From assembly GCA_045648945.1 (NCBI GenBank), contig JAZROX010000027.1:8898-72897 (forward strand): 64,000 bases of DNA, in the 5' to 3' direction. The stretch comes from Candidatus Enterousia sp. (lineage in GTDB: Bacteria; Pseudomonadota; Alphaproteobacteria; Rs-D84). The notes below the pieces were generated by a model that searched no databases, had not been told where the DNA came from, and saw only the letters and a program-made list of their open reading frames with translations. Every line of letters starts with the position of its first letter. The stretch's first letter is position 1. A program made the position numbers and the translations under genes. Below are positions 9,101 through 18,013 of the stretch, one piece after another.

Positions 9101-10467
9101 GTGTTTGCGGCCGGATTAAATATACCGCCACTAACCGCCGTGGTATTTGCCGGCGGCGTGCCCGAACCGTCCCCACATGAATACATTACACTATATCCTG
9201 TTTCAAAATATGCATACAGTGTTGTGGGTTCCGCTGTAAACTTATTATTTATAAAATTACCATTTGCATTGATAATTTGTGTTCCCGTGGCGTTTTGCCC
9301 AGTATAGAACCCAGCAAAAACCTTACTGGATTTTGTTGGTAAAGTGGTCAGGGACGAAATTGCATTATTCCCGGCCGAATCACTATACCAACCGGTATTA
9401 TAACTTACATACACGGTTGCCGGGACGGCCGCACTGTCCGCCCCGGTGGTATCCAACGTTATTGCCATTGGGGCGATTGATATACATGAAACCTTACCAT
9501 CCCAGTCCAAGTGCGCGCCGCCACTGGCGACTTCATAGCCAGTAATGTATTGTGTGGTGCCACTTGGACATGTGGTAACCAACCCGGTGTTGTAAAACGC
9601 GCCGGACCACATACCCTCTGTGGTTGGGGAACCATTTGCAATCAAGCCTGCAAAGGCGGACGGCGGAATATATCCGACCAGATTCGTACAATCGCAGAAT
9701 ACATCTTGGAAAACATATCTTGAGTTAATCGTGGTCATACCCCTGAACAAACCTTCAGGAATGGCGGTCAATCCGGTGCATCCGGCAAAGGTTCGATAAA
9801 ACGCCTGGTATCCACCGTTGGTTACGTTGGCAAAGAAATCGGCGGGAATGGACGTTAGACCGGTGCATCCATCGAACGTGCTGAAGAATGTATATGTCCT
9901 TGTGTATATAATGCTGCTGAATAATGTCCGCGGGATACTGGTCAAATTGGTTGCGTTCTTGAATGTGCCATAGAAACGCACCTGGCTTGTCGCACCGTTA
10001 GTGCCGTCACCTATATGGTTGAACACGGCGGACATATTCCCGGCCAGTGACGCAATTTTGCTTGCACCCAGGTTTTCGAACGTTATCGCGGCGTTATGTG
10101 TGTCGCTATTATACCCGGTTGCGGCGCCACCGAATCGGACGGTCTTTGCGCCTGTCGTGCCGGAATACGTGCACGTATACGTAGTGGCATTTGCGGCGCC
10201 CAGTGTAATAGTGTTTCCGGACACGCCGGTGCCGGATAGTACACCGCCGGTGCCGCAGTCGACATAGAATGTTCCCACGGCGTTCAGGCTAAATTGGAAT
10301 GTATCATCCGCGTTCAGGTTTGTTGTTGTGATGCTAAAATGTGCCGTTTCGCATTGGGTGCCATCGCCCAAAACGTCGATTTCATCGGTGGTGCATGCCG
10401 CACGCGCCATGACCGGCACCAGCGTGCAACCAAACACAACCGCCAATGCAACCAAAAAACGTTTCAA
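6121..10467 (-). CDS. Large secreted modular protein (~1448 aa): two BspA-type LRR units, Listeria-Bacteroides repeats, Cys-rich repeats, a P-family module and a conserved C-terminal domain
   Basis: The ORF is open to 10524. The TTG at 10467 sits 5 nt after GGAGGG and gives MKRFLVALAVVFGCTLVPVMARA (signal peptide). LRR motif F..C..LTSIP..LF. Repeat pattern GY.F.GW...Y(A/T)KW. The C-terminal ~85 aa is shared with 24048-25598. Confidence 0.85.
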   Translation of the reverse strand: MKRFLVALAVVFGCTLVPVMARAACTTDEIDVLGDGTQCETAHFSITTTNLNADDTFQFSLNAVGTFYVDCGTGGVLSGTGVSGNTITLGAANATTYTCTYSGTTGAKTVRFGGAATGYNSDTHNAAITFENLGASKIASLAGNMSAVFNHIGDGTNGATSQVRFYGTFKNATNLTSIPRTLFSSIIYTRTYTFFSTFDGCTGLTSIPADFFANVTNGGYQAFYRTFAGCTGLTAIPEGLFRGMTTINSRYVFQDVFCDCTNLVGYIPPSAFAGLIANGSPTTEGMWSGAFYNTGLVTTCPSGTTQYITGYEVASGGAHLDWDGKVSCISIAPMAITLDTTGADSAAVPATVYVSYNTGWYSDSAGNNAISSLTTLPTKSSKVFAGFYTGQNATGTQIINANGNFINNKFTAEPTTLYAYFETGYSVMYSCGDGSGTPPANTTAVSGGIFNPAANTCTKSGYVFTGWMVSNTNDIVQPDTAFTWDYTEDKTLTPNWTQCEACAATNASCELSVVNNTCTYTTSCNTGYGNIQNSGAYNVSCSPMTSHNITYVMNGGTNYAGAPTTYYETVGATIDGVPTRSGYRFVGWCTDAELQICAAPQAISTVSTGDKTFYAKWAEVTAKFTLTTTSVSSFKFKIAAAGTFYVECGDGGTLTGTGVSDGVINRIGDTAQATYTCTWPSAGAHTIEFDGAATGYNTAVDATSAAITFNTTSSNPVASVVGSLGAIFPTLGDTVGETPIFYGTFKQCDQLTTVPATLFSGVTGARDSMFRETFDRCGALEHVPEHLFSGIVNSASNPAPNLFRSTFYSCSSLAEMPAGLFSGVTTASDSLFKYTFYGNTSMTGYIPPTTFKGLIDNNSPTASNMWYGTFTGENSLATSCPPGTTQFITKYEKSWNSKVSCEHEIICEGATYLDNGECVACPDGYTADTTNGKIAASACKIHCDAGTYIANAGDATCTAVGVGYYAPADDVAYGDSETHTACPPGTTTEGSNSTSIDACVWAMCTGATYGGEGQCAACPYGYDANITAGKTLITQCQMGCAGGTVPDTYTPVTYLENSGNTTSGQYINTGYTIKSNNVIINAVIGTAVTRNVSAEYGNLFGNQASKKGFSSSYKNLIIGLWDNSNGNKLSSSVISLTADVQYTIDYTLNGAARTMNISYPGGTTQELSDDGAASINSSTPVHLFSNGMVTNNNDGTLTFTGGDKLFDRGRIYSFVLYDNNVLALDLVPARRNSDNVLGMYNRANGEFYTNAGVGTFNAGPDGTVFAGTTCHNVGDGYYVAANTTNWGGIPATPNKCPNDAPTNKENATSISECDLVSVSCSAGQYLPANTNECATCALNSYCPGGDYGVDTPNDQGITACGAGLYAPTGMWESTQCGHILHIGNDVVYLRATKKTSPAVHVKFGENIFYANMTTADVVMHTGTEHKLKADYGEQTYFIYDDTVDVGNN

Positions 10468-10742
10468 CACAGCCCTCCGACTTCCTTGCCTTTCCCTTGG
10501 TTTGCGCCGCATTGCGCGACACACAGCCCCACTTAAAAGCTTGCGGGGTCTTATTTATCCAACCTGAGTCTAGCAAGTTTGTATCGATAGGGGCAAGAAC
10601 TTTTTATTTTATTTTTTTCAACGTAAAATCAATAACTTATGCAACATATTCCACGTTTACCGTGTGGTTCCGTCACTTTTTGGGTGACGCGGGAATTTTC
10701 TTGCTTTTTGTTTCGGGATAAATATAATATGTGTCGGCGTTC

Positions 10743-10781
10743 GCACCCGTGGCTTAACTGGATAGAGCATCGCCCTCCGAA
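10743..10781 (+). pseudogene. 5' fragment of tRNA-Arg(CCG): acceptor through anticodon loop, no 3' half
   Basis: GCACCCGTGGCTTAACTGGATAGAGCATCGCCCTCCGAA matches positions 1-39 of the intact gene at 17795 at 32/39 positions. It is followed by TTAAAAAACTCG, whereas TTAAACTCG follows the intact tRNA. Confidence 0.75.
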
Positions 10782-10903
10782 TTAAAAAACTCGTTGTTTT
10801 CTGCGGCTTTCATAATATTTATAAAACTTTATATTTTTCCATGGAAACAAGGTTTTATTGTTGTAAAATGCTTTACACAGTAGGCGGGAAATTTATCAAA
10901 AAA

Positions 10904-10955
10904 GTTAGCCATAGGTTAGCCACCTCCGCGTTCGGTTAGCCAGATTGGTTAGCCA
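10904..10955 (+). promoter_or_regulatory. Four direct GTTAGCCA repeats just upstream of int (candidate arm-type or operator sites)
   Basis: GTTAGCCA at 10904, 10915, 10935 and 10948. The last copy ends 20 nt before the int ATG. The 21-nt AAGTTAGCCATAGGTTAGCCA recurs at 17908-17928. Confidence 0.5.
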
Positions 10956-10974
10956 GGACAAAAGGACAAATTCG

Positions 10975-12183
10975 ATGCCTACCATGATAACCGAACGAAG
11001 ATTTAATTTCACAGAAGCCGCCGTCGCCGCGTTGCCGTTTTCCCCACTGGGCAAGCGTTTCATGTATTACGATACGGCAATCAAAAACCTTGTGTTGCGC
11101 GTTAGTGCAAACAACAAGATTTATTATTTACTCAAAAAGGTTGGTAATCGCACGGTGTTTCACAGAATTGGCGATGCCAACAATACGTCATTAAAAAACG
11201 CACGGAAACGTATGGCCGAACTAATAGAGCAAACCAACCGCGGCGAAAATCCCAACGATACCAAACGTCAAATTCGCGACTCTATAACCGTGCAGGAATT
11301 TTTCGACCAATACTATTTCCCGGACTATTCGAAAATGCGCAAAAAAACAGAGACACAAAAAATGGATACGGTATCCATGCGCCTATATGTGCCGGACGAC
11401 ATTAAAAGAGCAAAAATGTTAACGTTAACACGTACCGATATGGAACGTATGCACAATGAAATATGGCGACGCACAAACAGCGTTTATTCTGCCAACCGTG
11501 GATTAAAACTTATGCGACAAATGTTTAACAAGGCTATCGATTGGGGTTTTCGTTGCACAAATCCCGCCGCACATATCAAACTATTTCCAGAAATTAAGCG
11601 CGACAGATTTTTACAACCCGACGAATTGGGCGTGTTTTTTCAAGAAGTCGCAAAAATCCCAAACGCGGTATCCCGTAATTTCATATTACTAAGCCTTTTT
11701 ATGGGGCAACGCAGGCGCAATATCCAAGCTCTGCAATGGTCGGACATAAATTTCGAACGCAGGGTCGCATACATAAAAACAACAAAAAATGGCGAGCCCC
11801 AGGCCGTGCCATTATCTACCCAGGCCATAGATTTATTACGCGAAATGGAAACTTTCAAAACCGGCCCTTGGTTATTTCCAAGCAAGCAATCGCGCAGTGG
11901 ACATCTCGAAAACCCACAAGTGGCGTGGCGCGCAATGAAAGAACGGGCGGGGCTAACGAATTTACGCTTGCACGATTTGCGACGCACGTTTGCAAGTTAT
12001 CAAGCAAGCACGGGTGCATCAAATGAAATCATTGGCAAAGCATTGGGCGATAAGTCGCCGGCAGTAATACCGATTTATGCACGCCTTACTGAAGCCCCCG
12101 TGCGTCAAAGCATTCAACGGGCCACAGACCAAATGTTTGCCGTCGCAAAAATAACCCCACCAACCACAGGAGCAACACAATGA
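10975..12183 (+). CDS. int: Tyrosine recombinase/integrase (P4-type, DUF4102-like N-terminal arm-binding domain)
   Basis: ATG at 10975 after AAAGGA. N-terminus FMYYDTAIKNLVLRVSANNKIYYLLKK. C-terminus has HDLRRTF and IYARL (catalytic H-x-x-R and Y). Confidence 0.9.
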   Translation: MPTMITERRFNFTEAAVAALPFSPLGKRFMYYDTAIKNLVLRVSANNKIYYLLKKVGNRTVFHRIGDANNTSLKNARKRMAELIEQTNRGENPNDTKRQIRDSITVQEFFDQYYFPDYSKMRKKTETQKMDTVSMRLYVPDDIKRAKMLTLTRTDMERMHNEIWRRTNSVYSANRGLKLMRQMFNKAIDWGFRCTNPAAHIKLFPEIKRDRFLQPDELGVFFQEVAKIPNAVSRNFILLSLFMGQRRRNIQALQWSDINFERRVAYIKTTKNGEPQAVPLSTQAIDLLREMETFKTGPWLFPSKQSRSGHLENPQVAWRAMKERAGLTNLRLHDLRRTFASYQASTGASNEIIGKALGDKSPAVIPIYARLTEAPVRQSIQRATDQMFAVAKITPPTTGATQ

Positions 12184-12818
12184 AAAAAGAATATTACGAC
12201 CTTTTGGAGTCGTTGTATTGGATAGCGTTTAGGACCCCGACGCCACCGAAACACCTTATTATGGAAAACGACAAATTATTGGCAGAATCCGCCAAGTTAT
12301 TATACGGCTATTTGACACCCGATTTTAATGAGTTTTTGTCAAATAATGACGAAATTATAGCGGTTGCGGGCGTGGAAAATTACGGAACAAACCAAATAGA
12401 CGAAGTTAATATAACAAGTTTTGCGCCGGATATGGAAATATATGCAACGGATGATATGGTTGTCGATATGGGTGGCCGATATTATTACGGTGTTTGTTTG
12501 TTGGCCGATAAATTGCGTGAAGCGTTTCCGCCATTAACAAAAGAACCAAACTCTATTGCCAGGCGTGATAGCCCAGCGCACGATATTGCTTTTTACTATT
12601 ATGATAAGCATAAACCCATACAGGCCAAGTCGTTATCTAAACTTCTTGCCGACGTATTGCCGGGCTTTAACATATCCGTTCCAGAGCTAAACACTGTTAA
12701 GGCCTGGCTTACCACATTTAATAAAAAAACATATCAACCAACCACAAGCAAGCAACAAATATGTCAACGATATCCGAGAATCTTTGAAAAGTTTCGCAAC
12801 GCGAATCGTGAAATCTAA
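12180..12818 (+). CDS. Hypothetical island protein
   Basis: 212-aa ORF whose start overlaps the int stop by 4 nt (ATGA). No recognisable motif. Confidence 0.6.
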   Translation: MKKEYYDLLESLYWIAFRTPTPPKHLIMENDKLLAESAKLLYGYLTPDFNEFLSNNDEIIAVAGVENYGTNQIDEVNITSFAPDMEIYATDDMVVDMGGRYYYGVCLLADKLREAFPPLTKEPNSIARRDSPAHDIAFYYYDKHKPIQAKSLSKLLADVLPGFNISVPELNTVKAWLTTFNKKTYQPTTSKQQICQRYPRIFEKFRNANREI

Positions 12819-12998
12819 TTTGGTTCACATACAATTCGTATGCGTTTTTGTATTTATTTAGTAAAAATAAGGAATTACAAAAATACGATTCTTAGTGGTC
12901 GTATTTTTTTTATAGCGTTTTACATTGTTATCAACAATTTCAACGGTGGCCACGGTTAAATTGGAAAATTCTAAATTAACTAAAAAAGGATTTGAACA

Positions 12999-13199
12999 AT
13001 GAATTTTGAAAATCTTTATTTAACAACCAGCGAGTTGGCCGACTTATTGCATATAAAACGCAATACCATTGAACGATGGCGCACCAGTAAAATTTGCCCC
13101 ATACCATGGACCCGAATAGGCGGGCGGGTTTTATATGAGCGTTCCGATGTTCTGGCATATTTAGAAAGACAAAAACGCGAAAAAATTAACTGTGATTAA
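12999..13199 (+). CDS. Excisionase/AlpA-family helix-turn-helix protein
   Basis: 66 aa. LTTSELADLLHIKRNTIERWRTSK...RIGGRVLYERSDVLAYL is the MerR-like Xis/AlpA HTH pattern. SD AAAGGA lies upstream. Confidence 0.75.
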   Translation: MNFENLYLTTSELADLLHIKRNTIERWRTSKICPIPWTRIGGRVLYERSDVLAYLERQKREKINCD

Positions 13200-13212
13200 A
13201 GGGGAAACAACA

Positions 13213-15018
13213 ATGGAACAATTTTTAATAAACGCATTAGACGCACAAAACATTTCAACCCCTGACCATATTGAATTTGATGGTTTTACGCGTTGGGGAC
13301 ACAACAAGCAATATTGGTTAATCGCCGTTGGCAATGGATATGCTTTTGGGGATTGGGTATCTGGCGATAGATTTTATGCTTTTCCAGATTCAAACCACGA
13401 ATTAAGTGTAGTCGAAAAACGCGAACTAAATATTAAAATCGCCAAACAACGAGAACTGTTTGTCCAAGAACAAAAACAAGCGCAATTGGCTGTCGCAGAA
13501 ACGGCACGACACGAATACGCAAAAATGGATGTTGCACCAGACGCACATCCGTATTTGAATCGCAAACAAGTATCTGCCGGCCCTGCAAAATACAACAAAA
13601 AAATAAATTCTTTGGTTATACCATTGTTCGATACTGATGGTAATTTGTGGAGTTTGCAATATATTCTGCCAAATGGCGAAAAACGGTTTATGGCTGGCGG
13701 TCGTAAAAAGGGTTGTTTTTGTCCGTTTGGCGCGCCCAATGATACAATAATTATCTGTGAAGGTTTTGCCACGGCCGCGAGTATTTATGCCGCCGTGGGG
13801 GAATATACTGTTGCGGCAATGGATGCCGGAAATTTAGAACCGGTTGCCCAGGCACTTCGCGCGAAATATCCAAATGCTCGTATGATAATCGCTGCGGATA
13901 ACGATTGGGAAAAAGAAAGTAATACGGGCGTGAATTATGCCACTAAAGCGGCCGATGCCACGGGTGCAAAATTGTGTGTGCCAAATATAAACACCCCTGG
14001 TATGTCCGATTTTAATGATATCGCAGTATCACAGGGATTGGACAAAGTTAAGAATCAAATAAGTGAGGTACTCGCACTTACGATGCGTCCATTAACTGGG
14101 GGGTACAGGGTTATAAATGCCGCTGATTTTTTAGACCGAGAATTACCACCCACAGAATATGTCCTGTATCCTATGATTCCCGAAAATGGTTTGTCTCTCT
14201 TGTATGCCGAACGTGGTGCTGGTAAAACATTTATGGCTTTGGCTATTGCCTGTGCGGTTGCTGGTGGATTTGAATTCTTAAATTTCCGTGCGGACAAACC
14301 GCGTAAGGTGTTATACATCGATGGTGAAATGGACGTGAACGAAATGCAAAAGCGCATCAATTTGTTAATAAATGGGTTTGAATCTGAAGGCAAAATTGTA
14401 ATTCGTGAAAACATAAAATTATTTTTGTCGGGGCTTCAAAACAACGCAACCATGCCAGATATCGCGAAACCAGAAGGACAAAAACACATAGAAGCGTTTA
14501 CCCAAGATGTCAATTTGATAATAATTGACAATATCTTTTCCTTATACACGGCCGGTCATGAAAATGATGCGGATAGTTGGACAGGGTATAACGCCTGGTC
14601 GCGTAAGATGCGCAGTATGGGCAAATCAATTTTGTGGTTACACCACACGGGTAAAGACAAAAATCGTGGCCCACGCGGTTCATCAGCGATAGAGGCTATT
14701 TTGAATAGTTCTATCGCACTGGAAGTTTCCCCGGCACATAAAACCAGTGATGGGGCGGACATATTGGTTGAATATCATAAGTCCAGGGGGATATGTGGAG
14801 ACGATGTAAAACCATTTGCCGCCAAATTGGTGTCGGTTAAAAACGAATGTGGAAAAACCGTCGGTTTAAAATGGGTATTGCAGGATACCCCTGCGGAATC
14901 CGTCCATAAGCATATTATGGAACTTCATGATTCCGGCAAAACAATTATGCAAATTGCTGATGAAACCGGTATTTCCAAATCAAAGGTCCAGCGCATCCTA
15001 ACCAAGTACCGCGCATAG
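13213..15018 (+). CDS. Toprim-domain primase fused to a RecA-like AAA ATPase (P4 alpha-like primase-helicase), with a C-terminal HTH
   Basis: Toprim IIICEGFATA and IIAADND. Walker A ERGAGKT. Walker B LIIIDN. C-terminal IMQIADETGISKSKVQRIL. ATG at 13213 follows AAGGGGA. Confidence 0.85.
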   Translation: MEQFLINALDAQNISTPDHIEFDGFTRWGHNKQYWLIAVGNGYAFGDWVSGDRFYAFPDSNHELSVVEKRELNIKIAKQRELFVQEQKQAQLAVAETARHEYAKMDVAPDAHPYLNRKQVSAGPAKYNKKINSLVIPLFDTDGNLWSLQYILPNGEKRFMAGGRKKGCFCPFGAPNDTIIICEGFATAASIYAAVGEYTVAAMDAGNLEPVAQALRAKYPNARMIIAADNDWEKESNTGVNYATKAADATGAKLCVPNINTPGMSDFNDIAVSQGLDKVKNQISEVLALTMRPLTGGYRVINAADFLDRELPPTEYVLYPMIPENGLSLLYAERGAGKTFMALAIACAVAGGFEFLNFRADKPRKVLYIDGEMDVNEMQKRINLLINGFESEGKIVIRENIKLFLSGLQNNATMPDIAKPEGQKHIEAFTQDVNLIIIDNIFSLYTAGHENDADSWTGYNAWSRKMRSMGKSILWLHHTGKDKNRGPRGSSAIEAILNSSIALEVSPAHKTSDGADILVEYHKSRGICGDDVKPFAAKLVSVKNECGKTVGLKWVLQDTPAESVHKHIMELHDSGKTIMQIADETGISKSKVQRILTKYRA

Positions 15019-15026
15019 GCGCAACA

Positions 15027-15070
15027 TTTCCCAATTTCCCACACACTATATAGTGGGAAATTTTGGGAAA
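15027..15070. terminator. Long palindrome / bidirectional terminator between convergent genes
   Basis: TTTCCCAATTTCCCAC-ACACTATATAGT-GGGAAATTTTGGGAAA. Confidence 0.6.
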
Positions 15071-15077
15071 CGAACGA

Positions 15078-17081
15078 TTATTTATCCTCTGGCTCGTCTG
15101 AACGCACAAAAGCATCAAGGGTGGTACACAGCATTGCGATTGGCTCTTCCATTAACATTTTTAAATATATACTATTTTCCGCATTAGTTTTTTTAGCGAA
15201 ATAATCGGCTATATCTTTTATAGATTCTTTAGTGGCCTTTGCGAACAATAAATTTCTATAGTCTAGTTCATTGACAGTATATAAAAAAGCTTCCGCCAAA
15301 TCTGTATTCGTTGTCTTGGTGCCATACAATTTTATTAATCTTTCTGGGTGTGGCAACATGTACAAATAAACGTATAGATTCGTAGCTTCAAAATAATTGG
15401 AGCCGGCAATAAGTTTCTGTTGTTCTTCGGGTAACCGCGATATTATCTCCACAACGTAGCCCATAAAAGTATCGCAAGTTTGTAATTTCTTTTTCAATTT
15501 CTTTACACTTTTATCGGTACTTATATCTGCCACGTAGCGCATAGTATCTATATCAAACGATAGATTGGCGGCCGTTACTATTCCGTCCAAGGATGCCCCC
15601 TTAGAAATTAAATATTTTGCCACATCCAAATGATTGCGTTGTATCGCCTTATTTAATGCTGTCCAACGAATAGGAATATCCTTATTCTCGCCTACCAAAT
15701 CCCCTATCAAATCATAATCAATATTAGCGCCATGTTCTGCTAAGTATTTTACTATATCTAATTGTCCTCGTTCTGCTGCTATAGTTAATGGTGTCCATTT
15801 TTCTGAATCTGTAAAATTAACATCCGCCCCGTGTTCCACCAGGTATTTTATAATATGTAAGTTGTCTAAATTGGTTGCTAATATCAGTGGTGTTACTGTA
15901 TCACAATATTGATTCAAGTCTGCTCCATTATCCACCAATATTTTAATCGTTTCATACTGCTGATTGGCTGTTGCCACACACAATGCCGTAGCCCCTTGGC
16001 GGTTTACCTGATTCATATCTATGTATTTCGTTAAAATTCTTATAATTTCTGTTGGCCTTTCGGCAAAAATTGCTTTCATTAGTGCGGTGCTTCCATCATT
16101 TTCGGTTATTTTTGGGTTTGCGCCCAATTCTAATAGTGTCTGTATATTGTTTTTGTGTCCATGTTCAGCGGCAAAAAATAACGGTGTATGTCCAAACTCA
16201 TTCTGTTTATTTATGTCTGCACCAGATTTTATAAATAGTCTTATTAATTCTGATGTATCGTTTTCATCTCTCGCTAAATACATTAGACCAGTATCCCCAT
16301 GCGTTGTAATTATGTTTATATCGGCGCCATTTTCCAATAGTAATTGTATAATATTTTTATCTTTTTTACTTACTGCCTCCATCAATGCAGACCATTTGTT
16401 ATCTGTAAGCAAATTTACATTTTCCCCACCATCTATCAACGTCCTTATATTATTGATATGCGCTTCCCCAAAGTGGATAGCTTGAGTTAGAATTGTCGTG
16501 CCACCATCATGATATTTTCTGTTAAGATTAGCACCGTGTTCAATTAGTAACTTGATAATATCAGACATATCGTTAGTGTGGTTTATTGCCCAAAAAAGAA
16601 CTGGATAACCACTATTGTCTACAACGTTAACATCTGGTTTGTAACTCAATAATGTTTTAATATTTTCAATATTCGGATGATTATCCGACGACACCATAGA
16701 GTGCATAATTGGTGTAATACCATTGTTTGTATGCCCGTTTACATCCGCACCATTTTCTACAAGTATTTTTATTATATCAGATTTGTTTGTTTTACTAAGA
16801 GCCGCATATCCCAATGGGCTTATTTCTGTTTCTTGGTTCGGAATATAATTTGGGTCCGCATTACTTGCCAAAAGAAATTTCACAATATTTACATCGTTAT
16901 TTATGATTGCATTTACCAAAGGCGTTGTATCTTCTGCATCTGGTTTGTTTATATCCTCTGGACGTTGTTCATAGGCCAATTCAACATCGGCCAATTTTTT
17001 GGAAAAATAATCTGGTTTGGCTGGCGACTTGTCGCAACCAACAAAAACTAACGCACTTAAAATAATTAAAATTTTTTTCAT
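15078..17081 (-). CDS. Ankyrin-repeat lipoprotein (~13-14 ANK repeats plus an unassigned C-terminal domain)
   Basis: Start at 17081 gives MKKILIILSALVFVGC (lipobox). It has many G(A/D)(D/N)(V/I)N..G.TPL...A units, for example KSGADINKQNEFGHTPLFFAAEHGH. The gene is visibly AT-rich relative to its neighbours. Confidence 0.85.
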   Translation of the reverse strand: MKKILIILSALVFVGCDKSPAKPDYFSKKLADVELAYEQRPEDINKPDAEDTTPLVNAIINNDVNIVKFLLASNADPNYIPNQETEISPLGYAALSKTNKSDIIKILVENGADVNGHTNNGITPIMHSMVSSDNHPNIENIKTLLSYKPDVNVVDNSGYPVLFWAINHTNDMSDIIKLLIEHGANLNRKYHDGGTTILTQAIHFGEAHINNIRTLIDGGENVNLLTDNKWSALMEAVSKKDKNIIQLLLENGADINIITTHGDTGLMYLARDENDTSELIRLFIKSGADINKQNEFGHTPLFFAAEHGHKNNIQTLLELGANPKITENDGSTALMKAIFAERPTEIIRILTKYIDMNQVNRQGATALCVATANQQYETIKILVDNGADLNQYCDTVTPLILATNLDNLHIIKYLVEHGADVNFTDSEKWTPLTIAAERGQLDIVKYLAEHGANIDYDLIGDLVGENKDIPIRWTALNKAIQRNHLDVAKYLISKGASLDGIVTAANLSFDIDTMRYVADISTDKSVKKLKKKLQTCDTFMGYVVEIISRLPEEQQKLIAGSNYFEATNLYVYLYMLPHPERLIKLYGTKTTNTDLAEAFLYTVNELDYRNLLFAKATKESIKDIADYFAKKTNAENSIYLKMLMEEPIAMLCTTLDAFVRSDEPEDK

Positions 17082-17094
17082 TTTTTTACCTTTT

Positions 17095-17412
17095 TTATAT
17101 GAGACAAACCCCAAAAACGATTACAAAAAATACCCAATACAACAACGGCATTTTGGTCAAAGACCCAAAACTCGACAACAAATTACCAATAAAATAAACA
17201 ATTATCATACCAAGATAATCGGATAATTCTGCATCACCACGTAAAATTTTTTTCATACTTAGTGACTGTTGAATGGAATTTTCAGGAAATAAACCAAAGC
17301 ACACTTCAATGATGCTGCATAACAGGCAAGTTACAACTCCAGCCAACAAACACATTGTGGCATACTTTGTCAATCCACATATCAATAATATCAAAGCAAT
17401 AATCGATATCAT
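17095..17412 (-). CDS. Small integral membrane protein (~105 aa), upstream of and co-oriented with the ankyrin gene
   Basis: ATG at 17412 after AAGGAG. Hydrophobic segments MISIIALILLICGL.., LLAGVVTCLLCSII, LLYWVFFVIVFGV. Confidence 0.55.
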   Translation of the reverse strand: MISIIALILLICGLTKYATMCLLAGVVTCLLCSIIEVCFGLFPENSIQQSLSMKKILRGDAELSDYLGMIIVYFIGNLLSSFGSLTKMPLLYWVFFVIVFGVCLI

Positions 17413-17794
17413 TTCTCTTCTCCTTAGCGAAAAACTAAACCGCCAGGAAATTGGCGGTCGGGAAGTTTGCGAAATCATACCGTTGTAGATTTTGTTTGCC
17501 TTCGGATAAACCTATTTTATAACAAACACCTCCCGACCTCTCTGTCGGGCAGGATTAACGATGCTGTCGCACCGAACGGTATGGGCTCGCAAAAGCCCCG
17601 AACCCAATTCCCATTGGATTCATTTTGTATTATACATGAAAAAGCGCCTATTTGCAAATACTATGAACGAATCTATCACTACAACGGCTTGCGGTGGGGG
17701 GGGCTCGGGTAGCCCGCCCAAGAAATATTGTAAAAAATTGAAATACATGTTTGCATTTTATTTAACTTTATATATAATAATACCCGTTGAAAGT

Positions 17795-17871
17795 GCACCC
17801 ATGGCCTAACTGGATATGGCGTGTCCCTCCGAAGGACAAGGTTGCAGGTTCGAATCCTGCTGGGTGCGCCA
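17795..17871 (+). tRNA. tRNA-Arg (anticodon CCG), CCA encoded
   Basis: Acceptor GCACCCA/TGGGTGC. Anticodon stem TGTCC/GGACA with loop CTCCGAA. T-arm GCAGG-TTCGAAT-CCTGC. 77 nt. Confidence 0.9.
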
Positions 17872-17907
17872 TTAAACTCGCTTAAACTATGTTTGGTTTT
17901 ATCCGGA

Positions 17908-17928
17908 AAGTTAGCCATAGGTTAGCCA
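17908..17928 (+). repeat. AAGTTAGCCATAGGTTAGCCA (two GTTAGCCA units), identical to the motif upstream of int
   Basis: Identical 21-mer at 10902-10922. Confidence 0.8.
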
Positions 17929-18013
17929 GACGGTTTTGGCAAAACAAGAGCACCCGCCACAACCTGCGGAAATATGGGAATTTTATAAGTTTTATATCTT
18001 ATAAGTCCTGAAA

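Larger units (their letters stand above)
10782..17794 (+). mobile_element. Integrase-bearing genomic island (P4-like satellite/integrative element) between the tRNA-Arg fragment and the intact tRNA-Arg
   Basis: Tyrosine integrase, Xis/AlpA-like HTH and Toprim-AAA primase-helicase, plus AT-rich cargo (ankyrin lipoprotein). The whole unit is bracketed by tRNA-Arg sequence. Confidence 0.7.

Noticed and set aside
17467-17918. 79-82-aa ORFs overlapping tRNA-Arg.
   Set aside because: They overlap a canonical tRNA and have no coding signal.
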